64,000 nt of DNA, taken from positions 1-64,000 of IMG/VR virus record IMGVR_UViG_3300045125_000071. One strand, written 5' to 3'. The notes beneath the pieces were generated by a model that was not told where the DNA came from, did not search any database, and was given only the letters and a program-made list of their open reading frames with translations. Made by a program: the position numbers and the translations under genes. Shown one piece after another: positions 37,345 through 48,099 of this stretch; the stretch's first letter is position 1; each line of letters starts with the position of its first letter.

Positions 37345-38062
37345 AACCCCAAAGCCGATATAATATTCGACCTTTTCTCCTGATGGGGCTGTTGCTGTTT
37401 GCTTTTAATTCTATACCTGGTTTATGTTTGTTAACATACTTTCTAAATTCTTGTAGAATCTTTGATTGGTAATGTATCGATGAAATTTTTAATATTCATC
37501 ATATCCCTATTACCCTTAACTGATTTAATCATAAACTCAAGTTCTTTTGTTTTGACTGGCGGAACACCTAAACCATTCCAACTTTTTTAATTTCTTCCAA
37601 CTCTTTTTCTTGTTTTTGATTCAAAACTTGAATGTGATATCAATACCAGTTTTAACCATTGTATATGAATATTCACCCATAGCATCTGCAACCAATTCAA
37701 ATGGTTTGAAGTCAAGAGAACCTAAATCACACTTTGCAGTAAATGTTTCATCTGTTTTTGGGTCGGTTAACGTTAATTCGTATTCTGAACCAAATGCGGT
37801 GTTTCTTAAAAATATCAAAATTGCTCGAACATCCTCATCAACCAATTCTTCAGTATTGATATCTCTATCAATTACTTTTCTTTTATAATTTCTGTAATGA
37901 GATTATTGGATTGTATTAAATTGGGTGCCGATAATATGTTTCATCTGCTGCTGTCAAATATGCAACACGAACAGATTTTTTATTATTAGCATAATAAATT
38001 CCTCTACTTAGTAATTCAACTACATCATATGCGATGTTTGGGTCAATTCTATATTCTTCCAT
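37316..38062 (-). CDS. tail-assembly chaperone / T4 gp26-like protein (frameshifted)
   Basis: YDVVELLSRG..Y, YLTAADEN, DVRAILIFLRNTAFGSEY, C-terminal GFGVEFF(RPFFGV*); between tube and tape measure. Confidence 0.75.
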
Positions 38063-38102
38063 ATCTATAATTTAAAACAATAATTATCAGAAAATCAAGT
38101 TT

Positions 38103-38134
38103 AAAAAAAGAACCCACCAAAATTGGTAGGTTCC
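38103..38134 (-). terminator. intrinsic terminator after tail tube
   Basis: GAACCUACCA-AUUU-UGGUGGGUUC followed by U7. Confidence 0.85.
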
Positions 38135-38158
38135 AATAAACAAATGCAACAAATATAA

Positions 38159-38646
38159 TTAGTATACCTGTATACAACGGTCCATGCGTAATGTGCAGTC
38201 GATACTTGCCAAATCATCCCTGGAATAATCCAAATCACCGAAGTTCAAATCTGTGATAAAGCAACCAACAAGAATCCATTTTTCCACAACAACACCAGTT
38301 GGGTCGAGCATTTCAAGCTCCACATCCTTCTTATAGCCCGCTGCATAGCCCATTCTGCCCGTTACAGACTCAGCATGGAGTCTGAACCACTCCATCAATG
38401 CCTGAGATGCTGAAGGGCCTATTGGGTCTTTAAACTGTACTTTAATGGACTCCCAGTTAAATCTACCAGCTACGTATGTTGAAGTATTTAAAAGGGAATT
38501 TCTACATCCTTAATCTTTGCACTTGGTCTTGATGCCGATGTAACATACCATTCATTGATACCTAAACTTGATGGAAATCTTACAATAAGCCTATTTTTCC
38601 TCTTAGGTTCAAATGGTATTGGCATTTTCATTAGTAAATCCGCCAT
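38159..38646 (-). CDS. tail tube protein (T4 gp19-like; indels in the 5' half)
   Basis: MADLLMKMPIPFEPKRKNR, TYVAGRFNWESI, EKWILVGCFITDLNFGDLDYS, LRMDRC. Confidence 0.9.
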
Positions 38647-38686
38647 AATGTATTTTTTTAAAAATTTATTAGTTTATTATTTTATT

Positions 38687-38693
38687 ATAAATA
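38687..38693 (-). promoter_or_regulatory. TATTTAT late-promoter candidate
   Basis: 40 nt upstream of tube ATG at 38646. Confidence 0.6.
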
Positions 38694-38764
38694 TGTGGTT
38701 AAAAAAATAATTTTTGAGCACCTCTTGATTTTTTGATTTTTTTTTTAGTATTTTTTCCGAACAC

Positions 38765-38950
38765 CAATATACTAGTTACTAATACTACTAATACTAAATT
38801 AATATTATATAAGTAATAAAATATATACTAGTACTAATACTACTAGTACTACTAATATTAAATTAATATTACTATATAGTAATAACAATACATAGAATTA
38901 TATACATAGTAATAAAATATTAGTATAGTACTAGTATTATAATACTAAAA
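38765..38950. repeat. non-coding TACTA/TAGTA palindromic low-complexity island
   Basis: About 14 TACTA copies; TACTAGTA at 38826, 38841 and 38929; perfect 18-bp palindrome TATTACTATATAGTAATA at 38867-38884. Confidence 0.9.
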
Positions 38951-38952
38951 CT

Positions 38953-38983
38953 AAAAACCCCGAAAGAAATTTAGGGTTTTTTT
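38953..38983. terminator. probably bidirectional terminator after tail sheath
   Basis: AAAAACCC...GGGTTTTTTT inverted repeat with A/T runs on both sides. Confidence 0.7.
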
Positions 38984-38988
38984 ATTTG

Positions 38989-41877
38989 CTATACCGTTAT
39001 ATTATATATTTTCAAAACGATGCTCCAGTTGGATGTGATAATGAATTCAACATCTATGAATTCTAGCGCACGAGTGGGTTTAATATAAATCTTACCCCTC
39101 AATGTGTTAGCATCAATATCCTCTGGGTCATTTGATACTGTTACTCTGAAATCTGTTAAACCTCTTTCCTTTTTAATTGATTCAAGAATTGGGTTAACTA
39201 ATCTCAAGAATTCATTTCTAACTTGTTCATCATTTTGTTCGAACAACAATCTAACCGCAACTGCTGAAATGAGTTTTCTTGCTCTAAGTAACAATCTTCT
39301 AACATTCATTCTATCCAATGCTGATTCTTTAACTTGAAGTGTTTTATTACCCCAAATAATCGTACCAGTATCAGAGAATGTTGCAATTGGGTTAATTCTT
39401 GCTTGATAAAGGTCATCTCTTTCGTCAAGTGTAAGTTTCTTGTACGCTTTAACAGAATTAACAAGACCTCTTGAATAACCAGCAACAGAGAACCAAGGAT
39501 ATGCAACATTATCAGTCAATGCTATGTTTCTAACAACTTCACAAGTAGGTGGAACATATAAATTAGTACCACTATCAGCATCTTTTACTTGTATCCATGG
39601 CCAATATGTTGCAGAATAGTTTGAATCCAAATCAGCAGCTTCTAATTCAGCAATTACAACATCAGCTGATTCTGAATTTCTAGTGTTGATTATGTATAAA
39701 GAATCCGCTCTATCTGTTTCAACCATATCGATAGCTTGTTGTGTTAAAGATGTATGGTCATAAAAGTTAATACCTGGTGTTGCGAAAACATTGATATCAA
39801 CCGCTTCTGGGTTTGCAAATGTTTGAATACCAGTTAAATAAGCGTAGTAATCGGAATTACCAACTGTTGAACTGAATACACCACTTGTTGCAACGGCAGT
39901 TGATTGGTTTGCAGTATATGTGTTTTTACCAAAAATGTATGCATCATCGTATGTTCTAACATTTCTATAGATATCCCAACCATCAAAACCACCAGAACAA
40001 GCAAATGTGAATTTTCTATTTCCAATCGGTGCTAAAAGACCTTTTGATGTACCTTCCAAATCATAAGGTGTTGTTTCGAATTCATAACCTGTTGGGGTAT
40101 TTCCAGTAAATCCAGATGCGTTTACTGACAAATGGAAACCAGGAGTTACACCTGTTACTGACGCAGAACCTTTATAAGTAAATAAGTCATTATCAAATGA
40201 AAAACCAGCTTGAGTGGATAAACCAAGAGAAACTTTCTTAATTTTATCACCATTTGAAATAACTGCTGTACCGTCTGATTCATATCTAACAACGTCACCA
40301 GCACTTAAATAACTTTTCTTATATACAACTCCACCGAGTGTTTTAGCACCAAATGTATCATTAACACTAAATCCTCTGAAACCACTAGGTACAGCATCCG
40401 TTGGGTGATTATCGGCATAGACTAATCATGATATATTTAGAAACCAATGGATAATCACCATTTGATGTACCGATTTTTTTGCGATAAATCCTGGAACATC
40501 TGGATTCATAGAACATCTAGCATATCTTTCTATTACAACCATGTTATCGTCTGTATCATTAAAATCACGAACAATTACATCGAATTCCATTTTTCTAAAT
40601 CGATATTTTGAATCATGACCTTAACTTCAGTGTTTGAAGAATTACCATCTGATACAGTAACAACACGGAATAAATCAACCACTTTATTACCTCTAACTTC
40701 TGATACAACATATGGTGATTGTGCTGTTCTCCATTCTGAGACAAATTCACTTGCATCAAGATTTGTTGTTACAGTGGTACTTAAACCTCTTATATGACCT
40801 TGGTCATATAAATTTTTAACCAAATTGCTATAATTTTTCATGTACGTAAAGTGGAAAATCAGAATAATCTCTATCATAAACGTCACTACCTAAAACTTTA
40901 GAAATGAATTTGGTAGATGATGAATCTAATGAACAATTAAATGTTTTTTCACCACCAGTATATCCAGTAACATTTATAACAAACTCACCAAGAGCATTAG
41001 AATCTAAATTATCAACTTCTGATATTGTAACACTAGTTGCACCAGTAACTTCTCTAATCAAGGTTTGTCCATCATAATGTCCTCTTGACCTTAAAGCCAT
41101 AACAATTAAATCTTCATAATTTTCATTAACATATGCACCATATGAGTATCTTGTTACGTTAAAAGTCGAACCCGTTGTATACACAAATAAGTAAGCATAT
41201 ACACTTGTTAAACCTGATGAATATAATTTGTTATACCATTCTTTTCCATTAGTATTTTCATCATTATATAATCCAGTTAATGGTGAAACTAATTCAGTAC
41301 CAGTTAAGCTAGTTGTTCCTGATGATGGTACTTTTCCTAATACAAACCATTTATCAGCATCTGTTGTACCAGTAAAACCTGAAAAATTTGCAACTAAATA
41401 ATCAGTGATTGTTTCACCATCTATTGCAAGTTTATCAGATAATTCAGTATAAAATGTACTACCTGTTATAGATGATTCTGATGTCGCATCTAATGTTCCA
41501 GATGTTGTTGTTGGTGTTGTACCAGTAACAACTAAACCACCTAAAGTTGATAAACCATAAGTTCTATATGGTTTATAACCAGTTAATCCTAATACTCTTG
41601 TTATAAACAATTGATTAGATTCTTGCAAATATGATTTTGCAACATATGGTAATTCATATTTTGGATTACCATTACCATCTTTTAAAACGGAAGTGCCTCC
41701 GAAATAAGTCCTAAAGTCATCATAATTTGTTACTAAAACTGGTTCAAATGCTGGTCCTTTTAAGGTTTCACCAACAAGACCCAATGTTGTAACACCCACA
41801 CTCTGAGCTACAAACGTCAAATCTTTTTCCGATGTGTACACACCAGGTGATACAAATACTCTGTTAGAAGTTGCCAT
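38989..41877 (-). CDS. contractile tail sheath protein (T4 gp18-like; frameshifted)
   Basis: MATSNRVFVSPGVYTSEKDL, GLVGETLKGPAFEP, FATPG, YWPW, PWFSVAG..RG, WGNKTLQ, NVRRLL, IYIKPTRALEFI. Confidence 0.95.
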
Positions 41878-41914
41878 TGATTTTAATTATTTTAAAAAAT
41901 TTATTATCTACCTT

Positions 41915-41921
41915 ATAAATA
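41915..41921 (-). promoter_or_regulatory. TATTTAT late-promoter candidate
   Basis: 37 nt upstream of sheath ATG at 41877. Confidence 0.6.
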
Positions 41922-41997
41922 TCTTTATTTTGTTCAAAGATTTTTATATTATTATATTTGAAGATAGTTTTAGATAATTAATTATCTTTTTGTATTT

Positions 41998-42163
41998 ATG
42001 ATTCAAAAAATCTCATATAAGAATATAAAAATCAGTGAAAAACATCATAAAATGTTGAAAGACCACTGTGACAAGAACGGTTTAAAAATTCATAAAATTT
42101 TGGAAAAATGGATTGAAGAAAATTTAAAACCAAAGAAAAAAAGACATATATGGGGAAGATTAA
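41998..42163 (+). CDS. small ribbon-helix-helix-like DNA-binding protein
   Basis: KNIKISEKHHKMLKDHCDKNGLKIHKILEKWIEE (beta-strand plus two helices); divergent from sheath. Confidence 0.65.
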
Positions 42164-43414
42164 TGCAAATATGTGATTCCAATTTTAGAACCAACCATTG
42201 GTGTATAATTTAATTTTAAAACATAATCGCTCGTTATTTCATATCCGATATTTTCTTCTTCAACAAGACCATTAATATCCAATGATATAATATCTTTTAT
42301 AGCATTAATAACAGTAAATTCTAAACTTGTACCATCATAAGTGTAATATTCGGTAGCCACAAATAACGGTTTTCCGTAATTATCAATAAAATTTGTTGTT
42401 TTGTTTTTATAGTATGTTATTGTTATTACTACTACCCTCAAGTGGCGCTTCCTCAAATGTAATCTTTGAAGTACCAGCTATATGGTAATAATCATCATTC
42501 ATTTGTTGCAACAACCCGTTAACAGCAACACTAAATAATACAGATATTGTTTCACCAACACTAAATTGTGTTTGCATACCATCTGCTGTAAAGTTTGATA
42601 CTTTTATATCTATTGATTTATTTATAACTTTGGTTTCAATTGCTCTCCTATCAATAAATTCATTCATTAAGAAAAATCTACTTATTGCTGGTTTAACTTC
42701 AAACTCTTCTCTATCAATTAAAAAACCTAACATGATAAGTTTATAATTTTGAATATAAAATCTTCTACCATCAATAGTATCCATTGGTGTACTATCATCT
42801 ATTGTATCTAAAATAATTGGTATATAATGTCCCTTTACTGTTGTATATGCCTGTCTAGATGAAAATTTTTGTAAAACAATTTTATTGAATCTGTTTAAAT
42901 CCCTGAATTTATTACAAACTATTGTAATTTCATATGTTATGTCAACCGCAACAGGCTGTGGTATTTTATATATATCGGCACCCATTTGTGAACCATTCCA
43001 TGTTGGAACAGAAGCATAATAAAAGGTTTTTCTATCTGGTATTGTTCTTTGTGTTACTGGATTTGTTCCTGGCTGAACATCTGGTTTTCTAATTACAGCA
43101 ATAAATGGTAATTGCATATTACCATCATCATCAGCAAATTCCCAATTATTAGAAAATTCTGCCCATCTTTGTATTGTCAATATTTTATTTATGACTGGTA
43201 TTTTTTGACCATCTGATATTACAACAAATGATGTTTTAATAAAATCTAGCATACCCAAATCTAAATCGTCATGTAAAATAGAATCTGGTAAATAGGTATC
43301 TGATTTGGTAATTCTGTCAAGTAATTCTTGCCTCCTATTTTGTATATCCTTACCTAAAAAGTATGGTTTATTTCCATAAACCTCAATATTGTTTTTTCTT
43401 TTTGGATATGCCAT
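42160..43414 (-). CDS. tail terminator / sheath stabiliser (T4 gp15-like) with C-terminal extension
   Basis: ILHDDLD, LPFIAVIR, PQPVAVDITYEITI; frameshift into 42160-42456. Confidence 0.65.
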
Positions 43415-43423
43415 TTTTTATGT

Positions 43424-43935
43424 TTATATTCCTCTAAATTCACTGTCTTGTACATAAGCACAAGTTATTGTTGTATAATGTGGTTTATAACCAAACATTT
43501 TATGTTTATTGTCTGCAATTACTCGACCATCATTTGTTACACTATAAAATCTTAATTTTTCATCTGATTCTGGATAACCAATATAGTCACCATATCTTAT
43601 ATCAATACCTAAATCTTCTAAATGGCTTAAATAAATATTAATAGTTAAATTTCCTGGCTCATTATAACGTAGTAATCCATTTTTGTATGTCGCATTTTTA
43701 GGGTCATCAATTTTTACTAAACCATTAAATTCAACTGGTGGTAAAAATTTTATTTCATCTTTACCCACTTCGCCATATACATTATCAATATCTGTTTTTT
43801 CCCTATCAACACGATATAAAACTAATCGCATATTTATATCTCCGTGCAAATATTCTTTGCCCAATTGAACTTGTAAAAAAAATCTTCTTCTGAGAAGAAT
43901 TTAGATAGTCTTGTTATAGGTAACCGATTATTCAT
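43424..43935 (-). CDS. neck / head-closure protein (T4 gp14-like)
   Basis: Start MNNRLPITRLSKFF (indel); DNVYGE..K..KFLPPVEF; DIRYGDYIGY. Confidence 0.7.
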
Positions 43936-44938
43936 TTTAAATGTTTTTTAATATATTTATTTATAATTTTTGGAGAACAATTATATATTTTAGATATCTC
44001 AACTTGTTTCATACCTTTATTTAAATATTCTTTAATATCTTCAATATTAAAAAAATATTTTTTTCTAACATGTTCACGACTCAATCCAAATTCTATAATT
44101 TTTTTTATTATTAACTGATATGAACATCCATAATATTCACTAATTTGTGTTACCGAATATTTTTTATTTATATATAAATCAATAAATATATTTTTATCAA
44201 TATCAAATTGATAATTTGGATTATTTTTTCCTTTGTATGTCCCGTTTTTTTTAACTTTTTCTGACCTTTTTAATAATGTTTCTTTTGATAATTGTTTTCC
44301 AAACATTGGATTATTTTGACCACTATTTAAAATACTCATCAATTTTTTTGTTTCATTGGAGTGAAAAAATTTATTTTTATGTGGGTAATATTTAATTTTT
44401 CTATTTTTATTTGATTCCGAAATTTTTTCTTCGTTTCTTCAGAATGACTAAACCCAAACCTTTTTTTTCTATTTAAAAATTTTTCTCTAACAATATTTGC
44501 CCATTGTTCATCATTCCATAATTCTTTTAATCTTTCTTTCTGTTTTTTCTTTTCTTCAGAACTTCTTTTCCTACCTTTTTGAATTATAGATATTTTTTCT
44601 TTACTTTCTTTGGTATGGTGTTTACCAAACATTGGATTTATATCTCCGCCATCTGAAATATTATATAAAAAATAATTACTTTCTCTACATTTTTTTATTT
44701 CTAAAATTTCAGATTGTAATAAATCATCATATGTTTTACATTCTTTTTATTAATAAAATATTTGGTTTTAAACTTTTTCTTGCAGTTCTTCGAACCAATT
44801 TTTAATATATAGATTGGTTGGTTTTTTTAAATGCGCATTCAATCTACTTTTTAAACTACCAGTAGTTATACCAATATATTTCAAATCATTATATATTGGA
44901 CAATATAAACCATATAAATAAAATTTCTTATTGTTCAT
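43932..44938 (-). mobile_element. free-standing GIY-YIG homing endonuclease with NUMOD3 repeats and two C-terminal HTH motifs (indels)
   Basis: FYLYGLY...KYIGIT...RL..H; NPMFGKHHTKESKEKIS, HSEETKKKIS, NPMFGKQLSKET; C-terminal SVTQISEYYGCS and KQVEISKIYNCS. Confidence 0.85.
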
Positions 44939-44945
44939 ATAATAT

Positions 44946-44952
44946 ATAAATA
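44946..44952 (-). promoter_or_regulatory. TATTTAT late-promoter candidate
   Basis: 7 nt upstream of endonuclease ATG at 44938. Confidence 0.6.
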
Positions 44953-44996
44953 GTTGAAAATGACATTGTAATTATATATATTTAATATGTTTTATT

Positions 44997-46736
44997 ATGA
45001 TACCTGAAATTGAAGCAAAAGAAATTTTAGAAAGTTACGATGGAAGTAATAACCAGTTGTTGGAATGGAAATTAAAATTTACAAATATAAAAAATTTTAA
45101 ATTAACAAGACCACAGGCGGATTATGTTTTGAAATACCATAATCAACAACCAAAAGTTGCGAAAAAATACCTTAATATTGTAGAAGGATTTGGTAAAAAA
45201 ATTATGGAAGATAAATTATTACCAGAACCACCAGAAAAAATATGGTGTGAAAAATTATTATGCGAAAGCGAAAAAGCATATCATTTATGGGGTCGAGTAA
45301 TTGAATCTGAAAAAAACTATGCATTCTGGATACCTAAAACAGCAATAATACAAGAAGAAAAAAATTAGATAGGGAAGTGGACTACAATAAATATTCTGCA
45401 AGGCCGCCATTGGAACATCAAAAAGTTGCGATAGAAAAGTTATTGGCGAATAATAGATATATTTTAGCTGACGATATGGGGGTGGGTAAAACGACCTCTG
45501 CTGTTATAGCATCACTTGAAAGTGAGGCGAAAAAATATTAATAGTATGTCCAGCATCATTGAAGATAAACTGGAAAAGGGAAATTGAAAATTACACTGAT
45601 AAAAGAATTTTTATAATTGAAGGTAGAAAATGGGGTTCTACTTTTGATTATTACATAATAAATTATGACATCATAAAAAATTACCATAGTACAGATAAAT
45701 CAGAAGATAGTGATGATTACAAATTATTGGTAAATGCTGGATTTGATTTAGCCATTGTTGATGAAGCGCATTATTTATCAAATCCGCAAGCAAATAGAAC
45801 AAAATTATTAAATGATGTTTTAAGCAAAATACCAAAAGTGTGGTTATTGACAGGTACTCCGATGACATCAAGGCCCATAAATTATTTTAATTTGCTTAAA
45901 ATTGTAAATTCTCCATTATCATTAAACTGGCAAACCTATGTTAAGAGATATTGTAAAGGTTATCAATTTAAAGTTGGTAATCGAAAAATATGGAATACAA
46001 GTGGTGCAAGTAATTTAGATGAATTAAGAGAATTAACAAAAAATATTGTATTAAGAAGAATGAAAACCGATATTTTGGATTTACCTGAAAAAATTATAAA
46101 TCCAATTTATTTGGAATTGAAAAGTACATTCTACGATGAAGAACTTGAAGAGTTTATGAGAATAAGTGAAGATAAGAAAAAGGATGAGAGTATAACTGTT
46201 ACATTAAATAGATTAATGAAAATTAGACAATTAATTGCAATGGAAAAAATTCCATATACTTGTGAATTAATTGATAAAGTTTTAGAACAAGATAAAAAGT
46301 AATTGTTTTTACAAATTTTACTAATGTTCTTGATAGTTTACATGAAAAATATAAAAAAAATTCTGTAGTTCTTGATGGTAGAATGTCAAAGGAAAAAAGG
46401 CAAGATAGTGTAGATAAATTTCAAAATAACGATAAAATAAAAATTTTTATATCAAATATCATAGCAGGCGGTGTTGGCATAACATTAACTGCTGCCGAAA
46501 CCGTAATTATGAATGATTTGTCTTTTGTTCTCCGCACATCATTCTCAAGCAGAGGATAGGGCGTATAGATATGTGGCAAAAAATTCTGTTCTTGTTTACT
46601 ATCCAATATTTGAAAATACAATAGAAAGGATTGTTTATAATATCTTACAAAAGAAAAAAATATTATCGACCAAGTTATGGGTGATAGTGAATACTCTGAA
46701 TCATTTACCAGGGAGTTGATTGATGAAATTTTTTAA
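44997..46736 (+). CDS. SNF2-family helicase (HARP/SMARCAL1-like; homopolymer frameshifts)
   Basis: LADDMGVGKT, IVDEAHYL, LLTGTP, LRRMK, QAEDRAYR; ends ELIDEIF*. Confidence 0.9.
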
Positions 46737-46931
46737 ATTTATAAACCCATCATCAATAATTTTATCCAAGTTTTTGTCTTTTGGATTACAAATGAATACG
46801 GTAAAAATATATTTACCATCTACCATTTTATAATGTGTAGAATTAATATCGGATTGTGTATCAATTTCAAATATTATTTTTTTATCAAAACAATATGTGG
46901 CTATTTCATTTATGGTTTTTTCTGATAACAT
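46701..46931 (-). CDS. small hypothetical protein
   Basis: 76-aa ORF with TATTTAT upstream on the minus strand. Confidence 0.45.
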   Translation of the reverse strand: MLSEKTINEIATYCFDKKIIFEIDTQSDINSTHYKMVDGKYIFTVFICNPKDKNLDKIIDDGFINLKNFINQLPGK

Positions 46932-46947
46932 AATGTTAAATATAAAC

Positions 46948-46954
46948 TATTTAT
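46948..46954 (+). promoter_or_regulatory. TATTTAT late-promoter candidate (overlapping divergent pair)
   Basis: 16 nt upstream of ATG at 46971; an opposite-strand copy lies a few nt downstream. Confidence 0.6.
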
Positions 46955-46970
46955 TGTAATAAATAAAGTT

Positions 46971-48099
46971 ATGAGTACAGTAATCACACAGACAGAAAAA
47001 GAGAAATTATATACACAAATCTTCCATTTGCTTGGTATGCCAGTTCGTGGGGTTGAATTGACGGAAGAACAAATGGACTCATTTTTTAGAATTATCTATG
47101 AATGATTATGAGCAATATGTACATAATTGGCTTATTGAATCTCAGTGGTCTTCTTTGGTAAATGTCGATGTTGATACAATATCATTAACGAGGGCGTTTA
47201 CCACAAGAAGCCCCTTGATTATGAAACACAATACTCTTATGCATATTCTAAAATTGTCGGTCTTCAGGCTGGTGGACCATGGGAATTAAAAGATTACATT
47301 GAATTAAGTGCGAACACACAAACATATATTATACCAGCTGGAAGAGAAATTAATGAACTCTTATGGTTTACAAGAGCAGAATTGACAGATAGTATCGTAG
47401 ACCCCTTTTTAGGCGGTTTTGGCGGTCTTGGTGGCGTTGGATTTGGTGGTGTGGGTGGTTTTGCTCAGATTGGTACATCGGGCTCTTATTTCATGCTACC
47501 AGCGTTTGATTTGTTATTGAGAATGCAAGATAGAAGCATGAAAAATAAATTGATTGGCGGTGAATTAACGTACAGAATTACTGCTGGACCAAATGGTACT
47601 AAATTGGTTCATTTATATAACACACCTGGCGGTAGATTTGACTTCGGTTCAATACAACAACATAATTATAAAGTTTGGTATTGGTACTATGAAACCACCG
47701 ATAATAGGGATGAATGTTTGGCCCAAAATAAAGATATTGTAAAATTACCCTCAGATGTACAAACAGAAGGGATATTGTGGTCTGATTTAAATAGACCTGC
47801 ACAAAACTGGGTTAGAAGATATTTGATGACCTATGCCAAAGAAGGTTTGGCAAGAATTTGGGGTAAATTCTCTGGTGAATTACAAGTTCCAGACAGTACT
47901 GTTAAATTAGATTACAATAGTTTGTTGACTGAAGCCTAAAGACGACAGAATGAAATTAATTGAAGAGCTTATAGGTGCTGAAGGTATCTTAACAAGACTC
48001 AGACCCGAAAAACTCATGGAAAGAAGAAAGTTAGAGGCAGAGAATCTGAATGGTGCAATGAAATTCAGAGCAATGCCTGTTCCTATCATTCCTATTTAA
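46971..48099 (+). CDS. neck protein / head-tail adaptor (T4 gp13-like; frameshifted)
   Basis: LGMPVRGVELTEEQM, YLMTYAKEGLARIWGKFSGELQVPDSTVKLDY, MKFRAMP..I*. Confidence 0.75.

Noticed and set aside
38765-38950. CRISPR array
   Set aside because: No constant-length repeats separated by unique spacers and no cas genes; reported instead as a palindromic island.
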